Shown here: positions 18,461-27,640 of the stretch, piece by piece
How the letters are laid out: each line of letters begins with the position of its first letter
Position numbering within the stretch: position 1 is the stretch's first letter
IMG/VR virus record: IMGVR_UViG_3300005259_000074
Span: 1-64,000 of that record
Length of the DNA: 64,000 bases
DNA from: a virus
Lineage: Duplodnaviria; Caudoviricetes
Strand: one strand, 5' to 3'
Program-made: the position numbers and the translations under genes
The notes under the pieces: model-generated
Databases searched by the model: none
Told to the model about the DNA's origin: nothing
What the model saw: only the letters and a program-made list of their open reading frames with translations

Positions 18461-18660
18461 TGTTTCTTCACCCAGTCCTTCCAAGAGTTTCTAAAGCAGG
18501 AGAACCACTTCCTTCCAGAGCATTTTCCATTGTGTTTACACGTCCTGCAGGTGTTCTGATAGCTTTCACTTTGTTCCCTCATAGCGACGATGCAACCCCA
18601 CGCGATCAAGCTAAACAGAGTGACGACTACCGCGGTCTTCACGCAGATCAGTACTAACAT
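18457..18660 (-). CDS. small membrane protein with CxxC
   Basis: N-terminal TM; CRTC..C..C. Confidence 0.55.
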   Translation of the reverse strand: MLVLICVKTAVVVTLFSLIAWGCIVAMREQSESYQNTCRTCKHNGKCSGRKWFSCFRNSWKDWVKKQ

Positions 18661-18704
18661 ATGATCCCTCTTCTTCCTTCTAATTCCTCATATTAAAGTA
18701 CCGC

Positions 18705-19133
18705 TCACCACTCTCCGATCGCTTTCAGTTCTTCTTCTATCAAGAACCAATCACCGTCGTCTCCGCAGAATCCAGCTTTATCGTCTAGTACGATGTTCAT
18801 GTAGGGTTTCTTTTCATAGCAAGACAACCGGCTGTCAGCCACCTCTGGGTTCTCATTGACGTAGCAGAACACTATACCGCGCGTTCTGAGCCAGTCTACG
18901 AGGGTCTGGATGTCATCTGCGTGAGAGCAAGTCCATAACACTAGACTGACATCTTTCTTCTCGGACAGTGTTCGCAACACGCGCTCTGCGTTGGGAAAGA
19001 ATTCGTGCGTCTTCGCAGCGTCTCCGTAGTCAGCCCTGCACACTGTGTCGTGGAAGTCGATGAACCAGTAGATCTTATCCCAGGCTGATTCTTTCTTCTT
19101 AGAGTACGCGCGCCTGATGTTGAAAGCGTTCAT
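18705..19133 (-). CDS. HAD-superfamily hydrolase-like protein
   Basis: WFIDFHDTV, LVLWTCS, VNENPE, LDDKAG motifs. Confidence 0.75.
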   Translation of the reverse strand: MNAFNIRRAYSKKKESAWDKIYWFIDFHDTVCRADYGDAAKTHEFFPNAERVLRTLSEKKDVSLVLWTCSHADDIQTLVDWLRTRGIVFCYVNENPEVADSRLSCYEKKPYMNIVLDDKAGFCGDDGDWFLIEEELKAIGEW

Positions 19134-19720
19134 ATTGATTTATTTGTAAGAGAATTTAATATCTTACACCCTATTAATTTACCTGAAATAACATGAGCCC
19201 TTTTAGTAATATAAAAACTTTTCTTTCTACGTAGTTCTATAGGTTTTAACATGTGTTCGTCTTTATAAAAGACATGACAGTCTGTATAAAATCCTAAATG
19301 GAAATGTGCAGTTTTATACGCACGAATCGATAGATCTATGTTGAGGTCTTTTGCTATTTCAAAAGCTTTGAGCCATGCAGCCATTTCTAATGGATACATC
19401 TCATCATACGTTTCGGTTTCATCCAACACGTGGCCTAACTCATGTAAGAATCCTAATAGTGTGTATTCTGGTGTTACATAGATCCCATTTATTATGCAAG
19501 TGCGCATATCATTTTCAACACACAACATCGTAACCATGCTTGTGTCGATGAATTTGTTGTGTTCTACATATAAATCGGATGATATTCCAAATTTGTCTAT
19601 ATTAGTTTCATCGAGTTCCTTGGCTTTTATCAATTTCACACCATATTTCACACTCAAAGAATTCATGATAGAATCAACTCTTTCCCAATCTTGCAGACCT
19701 ATCTTTCTTGGATTTTCCAT
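19130..19720 (-). CDS. putative zinc metallopeptidase (HExxH), AT-rich
   Basis: FLHELGHV plus downstream EMAAW; visibly lower GC than flanks. Confidence 0.6.
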   Translation of the reverse strand: MENPRKIGLQDWERVDSIMNSLSVKYGVKLIKAKELDETNIDKFGISSDLYVEHNKFIDTSMVTMLCVENDMRTCIINGIYVTPEYTLLGFLHELGHVLDETETYDEMYPLEMAAWLKAFEIAKDLNIDLSIRAYKTAHFHLGFYTDCHVFYKDEHMLKPIELRRKKSFYITKRAHVISGKLIGCKILNSLTNKSI

Positions 19721-19764
19721 GAGCTCCTCTAATTGTTATTTGATTCGCTTGATGTTGAAAAAGT

Positions 19765-20427
19765 TCACTTGCGTTCCTCTAGCATGTCTTTCACCGAGTC
19801 TAAGTCTCTGAACAACTCTTCCATTAGCGCAATTGTCGTGCATCTCTCCTTGATCATCTCCTCGACATTGACTTCGAATTTAGCTATGGAATCTTGTCTG
19901 ATTTTGATGATATTTTTCTTGACTGCCTTCCACTCCTCCTCAGTCATGTGTAATCTGCTGATGCAGTAATTCATCATCTCCACATCTCCGCTATCATCAT
20001 AACCATCTCTGGCGTAAGAAATCGCGGATTTCAGCATACTGGCAGCTAATTCGCTCTTCATCTTTCCCGAAGACTCTATGTCCTCAAGGACTTTGATGAC
20101 CGTCTTGTATTTTCTTGCTTTGACGGCTCGATCCTTCATCGTTCTTCGCAGCTGTCTTATGTGCGAGCGCACCTCTTTCAACTGCAATGCGATGAACTTG
20201 TCCAGCGGTGTCTTCTTAAGCTTCTGCAGTTCCATCTTATCGCTGGCCAGACATTCTCTGTTCCCTCTGACTACTTCTTCAGAGTCAGAGCAGATCTTTT
20301 TCAGCAGTTCATCTTTCTCGAGGTTTTTGGAGGCATCGCTAATACCTACTGTCGTCAACATGTCTTTCGTCAGCCATTCTTTGACGTCGAAATTCCTGCT
20401 CTCCAACATGGTACTATAGCCTGACAT
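19765..20427 (-). CDS. hypothetical coiled-coil protein
   Basis: 220-aa ORF with GAGG RBS. Confidence 0.65.
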   Translation of the reverse strand: MSGYSTMLESRNFDVKEWLTKDMLTTVGISDASKNLEKDELLKKICSDSEEVVRGNRECLASDKMELQKLKKTPLDKFIALQLKEVRSHIRQLRRTMKDRAVKARKYKTVIKVLEDIESSGKMKSELAASMLKSAISYARDGYDDSGDVEMMNYCISRLHMTEEEWKAVKKNIIKIRQDSIAKFEVNVEEMIKERCTTIALMEELFRDLDSVKDMLEERK

Positions 20428-20437
20428 CTGATCCTCC

Positions 20438-21814
20438 TCAGATTGTAGCGTTCTTGCGGACTTCGTCGAACGTGTAGTCCCTCAGCAGTACGCCGTCTCT
20501 GAAGACTTCGACTAGCTGTTCTCTCGGATCGCCGACAGGAAGTTCGGAGACCGTGTACCAGTTGTCTCCTTCTCTGACCAGAGATAGCTTGCCTTTCTTC
20601 GATGCCTTAGAACTGTCGAGAGGCTTCTTGAAGATGTCGTGCCAGACGCCGTCTCTCTTCTGAGCGCTCGATTTGAACGCGTTTCGCAGCGTGTCTCGGT
20701 TGAGCTTCTGGAGGAGGCCGCCGCCCATGCCTGCGATGAGGTTGCACGATGCCCAGTTGTTGAACCTCATCGTCGAGAGGATGCTGCGGATCCCCTGGTA
20801 GTCGATACCGTCTCCCCACAGAGTTCCGACCTTCGGGTTGAGGACTTTGAAGCCCTTCTTGTTCTTCGTAGCGCCGAAGTTCTTCTCGAGGCTGTCTAAC
20901 ACGTCTCCCATGACGGACACTGGGTCTCCAGAGTCGGGTCTGAACACGACTTTTCCGTCTCTTGCAAGGATCTTCTCCTTGAACTTGGTCCCAGCTAACT
21001 CGCAGAAGTTCGTGTAGCTGTAGCTGTCTATGACCAGCGACAGTATCCCAGATGGGTACTTGTCGAGCAGCTGACCCAGCAGCGTCTCCTCGCCTGCCTG
21101 GCCAAGCGACGTCATGATGCTGTGCTCAGTCGCCGGGACGCTGAACCCAACTGCGGAATCGGCGTGGTAGTACTCCATCGCTGCTTCGAGAGCTTGCACT
21201 GTATCAGTCCCCATGAAGTTGATGAGGTGTGCGAGACCTCCGATCCCAGCTGACTCCACGCTAGACACACCGCGGAAGCCGAAGTCGTGCAGTTGGAATG
21301 GGAGGATGTCTTTGTCGTCGCAAGTCCAGTCTGCGTAAGTGTTGAACATCAACTTCGTCTCTCTCGACAGAGACGCGACAGTGCTGCCGTACCACACGTG
21401 GGTGAGGATCGTCTCGAGGTAGTTTGTCAGCCAGAAGCACTTCGGGTCGGTGTTCTCGACAGTCATCAGGACGTTGTTGATAGTCACCGGAGTCCCCTCC
21501 GGGACAGCCCTGATGACTACTGGGAGTCTACCGCCGTGCGCGTTGAGGATGTACTCCCACCCAGCACGGTTGAACTTTCTAGGGCCGAGGTGAGAGGAGA
21601 TGAGCTTGTCTGCCCTATCGATCTTCTCTCGCGTCACGACGACGCCTTCGAGGTAGGACTTGATTATGTACTGCAAGCCGAAGAAGACCGTCTTGTTGAA
21701 CGTCGCACCCTTCCTCGACTCGAAGTAGCTGTAGACGCCTTCTGTACCGTCCGGATATTGATTGAAATGGCAGAACTTGTAGCTGTCGCTCAGTGTGCAG
21801 ATGTTGGTCTTCAT
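20438..21814 (-). CDS. nadV: nicotinamide phosphoribosyltransferase (Nampt)
   Basis: SDSYK.CH..QYP, HDFGFRGVSS, SVPATEHS, RPDSGDP, GGGLLQKLNRDT. Confidence 0.95.
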   Translation of the reverse strand: MKTNICTLSDSYKFCHFNQYPDGTEGVYSYFESRKGATFNKTVFFGLQYIIKSYLEGVVVTREKIDRADKLISSHLGPRKFNRAGWEYILNAHGGRLPVVIRAVPEGTPVTINNVLMTVENTDPKCFWLTNYLETILTHVWYGSTVASLSRETKLMFNTYADWTCDDKDILPFQLHDFGFRGVSSVESAGIGGLAHLINFMGTDTVQALEAAMEYYHADSAVGFSVPATEHSIMTSLGQAGEETLLGQLLDKYPSGILSLVIDSYSYTNFCELAGTKFKEKILARDGKVVFRPDSGDPVSVMGDVLDSLEKNFGATKNKKGFKVLNPKVGTLWGDGIDYQGIRSILSTMRFNNWASCNLIAGMGGGLLQKLNRDTLRNAFKSSAQKRDGVWHDIFKKPLDSSKASKKGKLSLVREGDNWYTVSELPVGDPREQLVEVFRDGVLLRDYTFDEVRKNATI

Positions 21815-21827
21815 TGTGTCGTCTTCC

Positions 21828-22046
21828 TTATCTGATTTCAGTGATTGTTACTCTGTTCAACGGCTTGATCTTCTTTGGTTTTGGGTCCCAGCACGGGATG
21901 TGCACGTCGCTCAGACTTCCTTTGAATCCCTTCTTCTCGAGGAACTCGCACACTTTCCACCTAGCGGCTTCTCTGTCTGTTGAAATGACGTTGCACGTGA
22001 TTGTCACCGCTGCTTCGCACGTAAAATTCATGACTTTTGGTTTCAT
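21828..22046 (-). CDS. small hypothetical protein
   Basis: 72-aa ORF inside the NAD operon with GGAG RBS. Confidence 0.55.
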   Translation of the reverse strand: MKPKVMNFTCEAAVTITCNVISTDREAARWKVCEFLEKKGFKGSLSDVHIPCWDPKPKKIKPLNRVTITEIR

Positions 22047-22066
22047 GTTTGTGTCTCCCTGTGTTA

Positions 22067-22996
22067 TCAGTCCAGTCTTCTGAATGCTACGCTCGACGCT
22101 TCATCTTGGAGCCATATCCTAAGAGCTCCCATCAGCTGCCTGTGGTTTAGGACTATTTTCTCGATGAGGTTCTTGTCGTCTACGTCGAACCACTTCAGCT
22201 CGCAGATGTCGTCATCTGGAGACGGAATGCCGAACACCAACTTCCTCGCGAAGAACGCCGTCGTGATCTTGTCGTCTTCTCCCTTGTACCGCCAGTCGTC
22301 TATGAAGTAGCTCCCGATGTAGGAGATGTGAGCCGTCTCGAGGTGAGTCTCCTCGGCCGTCTCCCGCTGAGCAGCCGCTTCGAACGTCTCTCCTGGGTTG
22401 ACGAACCCACCCACGAAACGGTATAGAGCCTCGTCTTCTTTCCGAGCGAGGAGGACCTTGGAACCGTCTTCATTCAGTATCGCGATGTCTACCGTCGGGT
22501 AACAGTGCGGGTACTGGTTGGCCGTCGCCCAGATGACCCCCGCGCGAAACTCGTCAGAAGCTTTGACTTTGGCAGATATCGTCTTGCGGACTTCGTTGCC
22601 GCTCTTGAACACTCCCAGGTGCAGGACTTTGGTCTCGTACTTTCCTCTGTACAGGTTGACAAAGCTGTCTCGTCCCCCGTAGAGGACAGCAGTCTGACGC
22701 GGGCCGATGTTATCCTCGATCTGCTTGTCGAGGTTCTTGGACCATAGCACATCGTTGTTGACGTCTTTAATGTAGAGGACAGTGATCTCTGGGAACTGCT
22801 TGAGGATCATCTGCTTCCGAGATTCAAGGTCCAGCGGGTTCTTCAGAGTGCTCTTGCACGGGCTGAGACCTAGGAATATGATGACTTTGGGATGATTCTT
22901 GACGACGCTCTCGATCAGAGACACGTGTCCTTCATGGAGTTCGTCTACTTGGAACCTTCCGACTAGCACGCCGACGGTTGGAGCTCTTTCCATCAT
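22067..22996 (-). CDS. nadM: bifunctional NMN adenylyltransferase / ADP-ribose pyrophosphatase (NadM-Nudix)
   Basis: VGRFQ...HEGH nucleotidyltransferase motif plus C-terminal Nudix box GGFVNPGETFEAAAQRETAEET. Confidence 0.92.
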   Translation of the reverse strand: MMERAPTVGVLVGRFQVDELHEGHVSLIESVVKNHPKVIIFLGLSPCKSTLKNPLDLESRKQMILKQFPEITVLYIKDVNNDVLWSKNLDKQIEDNIGPRQTAVLYGGRDSFVNLYRGKYETKVLHLGVFKSGNEVRKTISAKVKASDEFRAGVIWATANQYPHCYPTVDIAILNEDGSKVLLARKEDEALYRFVGGFVNPGETFEAAAQRETAEETHLETAHISYIGSYFIDDWRYKGEDDKITTAFFARKLVFGIPSPDDDICELKWFDVDDKNLIEKIVLNHRQLMGALRIWLQDEASSVAFRRLD

Positions 22997-23130
22997 TCTA
23001 CCTCATTCTGCACGAGGATGAAGATGCGACACTGATACTTCACCAGAAGCCTCCGCCACATCTATACCTAGCGCGGTTCTTTTTGCGGACTGATCACCCT
23101 ATCAATAATGAGCTTTCAGTCTTCTTAATT

Positions 23131-23138
23131 TATTTATA
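23131..23138 (-). promoter_or_regulatory. T4-type late promoter TATAAATA
   Basis: Exact consensus about 135 nt upstream of nadM. Confidence 0.65.
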
Positions 23139-23158
23139 CACTGCGTTATTCATGCTTC

Positions 23159-23479
23159 TTAAGAACAAGTCGAGTGTTTTATATTACCACATATCTTACA
23201 GCGAAGAGTGAACTTATACGCACTCGGTCTCAACGATCCTTCTTCTTCGAATATCCTAGTCTCTTTGATCGTGTCGTAAACACAAGTGTGCCCCTTTATG
23301 TCGACAGGCTTGACATCTCCACACTTAATACACTGCAAGAACGCAGGAGCATCTTTACAGCCGTTCCACACGTGTTCACAGGGGATAGCCGAGACATGTC
23401 CGCAGTCCTGACACACTAGAGTCTTTGTCCCTTCGACTAACTTACGGCTCGTGTGATTGCACTTGAAGAGCGAAAACAT
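23159..23479 (-). CDS. triple zinc-ribbon protein (C/H-x-H-x-W/Y ... CxxCG)
   Basis: CNH..CQDCG, CEHVW..CIKCG, HTCVY..CKICG. Confidence 0.7.
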   Translation of the reverse strand: MFSLFKCNHTSRKLVEGTKTLVCQDCGHVSAIPCEHVWNGCKDAPAFLQCIKCGDVKPVDIKGHTCVYDTIKETRIFEEEGSLRPSAYKFTLRCKICGNIKHSTCS

Positions 23480-23489
23480 GTGATCTCCT

Positions 23490-23831
23490 CTACAGTTCTT
23501 CTAGTTTTGTAGTTATTGAGTGTTCGTACTCCTTCTCAGTGTACGACAAGCGGACCTTGAACCTCCTCGAACTCCCTTTGACCAACCTCAGAGTCTCCAG
23601 CTGTTTCGAGAGGGGATGCATGATCTTGATGAACATCGACATGAACACTGCAGCGAAGTCCTCGTTGTAAGATTGGCCCGATTCTGGAATGTACACATTC
23701 GCATAGTAGACCTTCCACCCAGGCTGTTTGGTGCAGTAGATCTTGTGGTCCCATCCCTTGGACGTCAGTTTAGCCGACAACGCTGCAATGTTAGCTCTTA
23801 GGTCGGCGAAGTACGAAGGTGCGCGGTTCAT
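23490..23831 (-). CDS. hypothetical protein with C-terminal tag (KLEEL)
   Basis: 113-aa ORF ending SITTKLEEL*. Confidence 0.65.
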   Translation of the reverse strand: MNRAPSYFADLRANIAALSAKLTSKGWDHKIYCTKQPGWKVYYANVYIPESGQSYNEDFAAVFMSMFIKIMHPLSKQLETLRLVKGSSRRFKVRLSYTEKEYEHSITTKLEEL

Positions 23832-23834
23832 CGA

Positions 23835-24269
23835 TCAGCCGATCATCTTGTGCATCATTAGAACTATGATTGCAATAGTGATGAATGTGTCGATATATCC
23901 AAAGATGTGATGAATTTTTGATAGTCCTCCGAAAGTAGTGTTCGAAACCCAAGTCGCAGCGCAGAAGCACATCAGCCCGAGGGAGAACCAGAGACATCCA
24001 GGGATAAACAACAGCGCAATTAACCACGCATAATACAACACCATGTGAATGATTCCAATACACCCACACCCCATAATACACAAGAGAGTACCGGGTGATT
24101 CCTTTAACTTCTGCGCGTCGGCTACGAAGTTAGGAGAATCAGGATCTTTTGACATCGATTTCGCCCACGTGCGCACCATCGGTAAAATAATGAAACACTG
24201 TAGAATCTCGTAAAAGATCGCGATACTGCCAGTGATAACCACAAAATACACTAAGAATGTGTGAGACAT
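23835..24269 (-). CDS. multi-pass membrane protein (AT-rich, own promoter)
   Basis: Four hydrophobic segments; GGAGG RBS. Confidence 0.7.
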   Translation of the reverse strand: MSHTFLVYFVVITGSIAIFYEILQCFIILPMVRTWAKSMSKDPDSPNFVADAQKLKESPGTLLCIMGCGCIGIIHMVLYYAWLIALLFIPGCLWFSLGLMCFCAATWVSNTTFGGLSKIHHIFGYIDTFITIAIIVLMMHKMIG

Positions 24270-24328
24270 TTATAACCTCCATCGCTGTTTAAGATTCAAT
24301 AATAAACCGTTGATTCCCTTCACAAAAT

Positions 24329-24360
24329 CTAATAACAACAGAATTAAAAGATGTAAAGGG
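24329..24360 (-). promoter_or_regulatory. early-type promoter CCCTTTACA-N17-TATTAG
   Basis: Matches the CTTTACA motif found at 5 other intergenic sites in the window. Confidence 0.55.
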
Positions 24361-24363
24361 AAT

Positions 24364-24561
24364 TTATTTTTTCTTCGTCAAATCTTGAGATCTATCAGAG
24401 TGTCTCCAAATCCACTTCGGTCCGGTGTCTACTCTGGAGAAATAATGCACAAACAGCGACACAATTCCGAAGATCATTATCAGATATAGCGCCCAGTTAC
24501 TCCAGACAAAGCCTAGAAGGACTCCAAACAAGAAACTGATGACAGCCGTCAATTTCACCAA
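24364..24561 (-). CDS. small two-TM membrane protein
   Basis: Two hydrophobic helices. Confidence 0.55.
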   Translation of the reverse strand: MVKLTAVISFLFGVLLGFVWSNWALYLIMIFGIVSLFVHYFSRVDTGPKWIWRHSDRSQDLTKKK

Positions 24562-24574
24562 ACAGCCCTTCTTC

Positions 24575-24832
24575 CTAGCGTTTTTTCTCAGCGAGGCTGT
24601 CTCCTGCTACAACCGCAAACTGCGAGTTATTGCCTTCGGTGTAATATATGACGTTGTGAAAGCTATCAACAGTCCTGAATATCTTGATTGAAGGTTTCCC
24701 GACTACAGTGATGATAGAACCCTCAGTCACTTTTTCTACAGCAGGCTCGCTCTTTGGAGGAGTTGTCAATAGTGCGATGAAGAGCACTATGATCAAGAGC
24801 AGTGCCAAACCTGGAAACACGAATTCTCTCAT
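24575..24832 (-). CDS. membrane-anchored small protein
   Basis: N-terminal TM anchor. Confidence 0.6.
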   Translation of the reverse strand: MREFVFPGLALLLIIVLFIALLTTPPKSEPAVEKVTEGSIITVVGKPSIKIFRTVDSFHNVIYYTEGNNSQFAVVAGDSLAEKKR

Positions 24833-24878
24833 TTTCTGTCCCTCTCACTCTTACATTAGTTTATGTGACACGGTGAAA

Positions 24879-25886
24879 TCAGTCTTTCTGTCCTAATAGA
24901 TACTTGTTGCTGACAGCTTTGAACATCCTCGAGCCATCAGTCGCTTTGAACACCAGACCCTCTCGTCTCACGGACGGATTCAGCAACGACATTCCATCAG
25001 CGAACTCCACAATGTCTTCCACCGTCTCGAATCTGCTGATGTCCAGTTCTTCTTCGATGACCGGCACGTGTGGGATATCCAGATCTCTGCAGAATGCCCT
25101 CCTCTCCGGCGGTGTTAAGTACTTATAAGTGTCGATGTCGACGACTGAATAGCACGCGAAGGAGATGTCCTTCTTGTAGATATTTCCTTGGATCTTCGAA
25201 CCGTGTATCTCACCCTGCACTGCGATGTTACGCGTGCTCTTCTCGAGTTTCTCCCTCAATCTGAGTTGCTTTGCGATGATCCACAGCATGTTGTCAGGAG
25301 TGTCTAAGTACTCGGTGTTAGAAGAGCACACGCCGAACTCACCGTCTCTCATGTAGACTGACTCAGATGCTCCTTCGATCTTCTCCGTCACCTCCCATTT
25401 CAGTTTTTTCAGCTCTGGAAGCTCATTAGAGAGGTTTTGGATCCTTTCGACGTCAGTGTGAGGGAACAAACCTGAAGGAAAATTTCCTTTCATGGAACCC
25501 TCTAGACACACTGGAATAGGCGCTTCAAACAGCCTAACATTGAGACGTGAAGTGACATCATCTCCTTCGCGCGCGTCTCTGATAGAATTTGGGATCGGCA
25601 TGAAAAGGCCCTGAGACACTTGGCCACGAAGACACACCGTCCTGATCTTATATCCCTTCGTAGAGTCTCTGTGAGTCCTGGTCGAACTCTTCGCGAGGAA
25701 CTCAAACTGCGGATCGTCGACTGGGAGGAATGAATCGATCTCGTAGTAGACTCCCAGATCGTTGGGTTTGAACTCGCCCTTCTTGACCACGCACTTCCAA
25801 CCGCCGACGTGAGCTACTTCTATCATGTCAGCTCCAGGAATCGGCAGGAGTTCTTTCACCCTACGAATACTTGCAAGATGCCTCAT
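24879..25886 (-). CDS. ATP-dependent RNA ligase, DRB0094/Rnl5 family
   Basis: N-terminal LASIRRV..IPGADMIE..GWKCVVKKGEF..YYEIDSFLP; TEKIEG, GEIHG, REGLVFK, FKAVSNKYLL. Confidence 0.92.
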   Translation of the reverse strand: MRHLASIRRVKELLPIPGADMIEVAHVGGWKCVVKKGEFKPNDLGVYYEIDSFLPVDDPQFEFLAKSSTRTHRDSTKGYKIRTVCLRGQVSQGLFMPIPNSIRDAREGDDVTSRLNVRLFEAPIPVCLEGSMKGNFPSGLFPHTDVERIQNLSNELPELKKLKWEVTEKIEGASESVYMRDGEFGVCSSNTEYLDTPDNMLWIIAKQLRLREKLEKSTRNIAVQGEIHGSKIQGNIYKKDISFACYSVVDIDTYKYLTPPERRAFCRDLDIPHVPVIEEELDISRFETVEDIVEFADGMSLLNPSVRREGLVFKATDGSRMFKAVSNKYLLGQKD

Positions 25887-25891
25887 TATTC

Positions 25892-27076
25892 TCAGCCTTT
25901 CATGTTTGCGAGCGGTGTCAGCGTGTGGACCACCTCGACGAGGTCAGTCTGCTGTGCCATCACTTCGTCGATATCCTTGTATGCCATGGGCGCTTCGTCC
26001 AAGTGGTGTTTGTCGACGTCCTGGGAGACGATTCCTTTCATGCTCCTCTGGAACTTCTCGAGGGTGAAGGTCTTCTTCGCCTGGCTACGAGACATCCTCC
26101 TCCCAGCGCCGTGCGAGCAGGACATGAAGGAGTCCGGATTCCCCAGTCCTCTCACTATGTACGATGAAGAACCCATGCTCCCTGGGATGATACCAGTGAT
26201 GTCCTTAGTAGCGAGTGTCGCCCCCTTCCTATGCACCCAGACTTCCTTCCCGAAGTGGGCTTCCAGCGCTGCGTAGTTGTGGTGGATGTTGATCGTCTCG
26301 ACCTCGGTGAATTTCCCGAGTGCTTTCTTGAAACAGCGGATGATCTCCTGCAGCATGAGCTTCCTGTTGAGGAACGAGAATTTCACGCAGAAGTCGAGAG
26401 CTGATAGATATGCTCTTCCCTCTCTGGATTCTATGGGTAGGAACGCGAGTGACTTGTCGGGAAGCTCTTCGCCGGATTCCTCGTTCATCTTCAGCGCGAT
26501 CTTGTTGTAGTCTTCTCCCAAGACTTTGCCGAGGTTGCGCGAGCCCGAGTGGATCATCACCCACACGAAACCGTCTTCATCGTGTTGGATCTCGATGAAG
26601 TGATTCCCGCCGCCGAGCGTGCCGATGTTGGAGTAGGCGTTCGATATCGATATGATGGGGTGAGGAGCTAATCCGCGTGTCTCTATGGCGGTGTTGTACT
26701 CGTCGACCATCGGGATGACTTCCCTCTTGTACTTGTCTGTCGGCTGGTGCTCGAACCCCATTGGGACGCTTGCCTTCACGCTCTCGACTATGTCTTCGAG
26801 AGCGTTCTTGGTGACGTCTTTTTTGTGGATGTCGGTCTTCATCGCGAGCATTCCGCAGCAGATGTCGGCGCCGACCATGTTCGGCGAGACTGCGTCTACT
26901 AGTCCGACTATGCCTCCGATGGGCATGCCCATGCCGGCGTGAGTATCAGGAGCTAGAGCGACGTGGTGGAACACTCTCGGGTGGTTGGCGAGCTTGATCG
27001 CTTGGTCGAGAGCGCTGGACTCCGGGTCGTCTGCCCAGCACATGATCGGAACTCTGGACTTGTTGATGATCTTCAT
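25892..27076 (-). CDS. rtcB: RtcB RNA ligase
   Basis: PDTHAG..PIGG, GADICCGM, GTLGGGNHFIE, HSGSRNLG, HNYA, VHRKGAT, IPGSMG, SHGAGR, EAPMAYK. Confidence 0.95.
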   Translation of the reverse strand: MKIINKSRVPIMCWADDPESSALDQAIKLANHPRVFHHVALAPDTHAGMGMPIGGIVGLVDAVSPNMVGADICCGMLAMKTDIHKKDVTKNALEDIVESVKASVPMGFEHQPTDKYKREVIPMVDEYNTAIETRGLAPHPIISISNAYSNIGTLGGGNHFIEIQHDEDGFVWVMIHSGSRNLGKVLGEDYNKIALKMNEESGEELPDKSLAFLPIESREGRAYLSALDFCVKFSFLNRKLMLQEIIRCFKKALGKFTEVETINIHHNYAALEAHFGKEVWVHRKGATLATKDITGIIPGSMGSSSYIVRGLGNPDSFMSCSHGAGRRMSRSQAKKTFTLEKFQRSMKGIVSQDVDKHHLDEAPMAYKDIDEVMAQQTDLVEVVHTLTPLANMKG

Positions 27077-27084
27077 TTTCGATC

Positions 27085-27330
27085 CTATGATTCGGTGTTT
27101 GATGTGCTGACGAAATGATTCTTAAGCTCTCCGCATTTGATGCACTTCAAGACGTGCACTTGTTCAGTGCAACGCGTGAAGTACCGTGTGAGAGTCTTTT
27201 CAGGCTGTTCTTCCCACGAATGACTGCATTCCGCTGCCGCCAGTTTTCCGCAGACTTCGCACGTGAATTTCCCGTCTTTCTCAGGGCCGTAGCTGTGCAC
27301 TCCGAGAAAGCACCAGATCTTCTGATTCAT
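27085..27330 (-). CDS. double zinc-ribbon protein
   Basis: CFLGVHSY..CEVCG, CSHSW..CIKCG. Confidence 0.7.
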   Translation of the reverse strand: MNQKIWCFLGVHSYGPEKDGKFTCEVCGKLAAAECSHSWEEQPEKTLTRYFTRCTEQVHVLKCIKCGELKNHFVSTSNTES

Positions 27331-27354
27331 CCTGAAATCCTCTTGTTGTCTAGT

Positions 27355-27639
27355 CTAGAAGACAGGCCCTCGTCCCACGATTATCGGCTCTGTCTTGTCC
27401 GTCTCCTGTTTCAGCCCGTAGATCGTGCAGCTCCTCTGCCACACAGTCTTGTTCACCGAGTGAGACCCGCATATCTCGGGATAGATGTCACTTCCATGAG
27501 CGACATTCTTATACAGATACTCCCGCACTGGGACTTGTACCTGCTTTGGTTTCGTCCAATCGTGGCGACAGTTGGATTGCTGCTCTTTCAGCGCTTGGAG
27601 TTCTGACTCGAGACGCACTATCTTGTCTTGGATGTTCAT
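27355..27639 (-). CDS. hypothetical protein (coiled coil plus CRHDW motif)
   Basis: Start moved to MNIQDK at 27639, adjacent to the upstream stop. Confidence 0.6.
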   Translation of the reverse strand: MNIQDKIVRLESELQALKEQQSNCRHDWTKPKQVQVPVREYLYKNVAHGSDIYPEICGSHSVNKTVWQRSCTIYGLKQETDKTEPIIVGRGPVF

Positions 27640-27640
27640 T

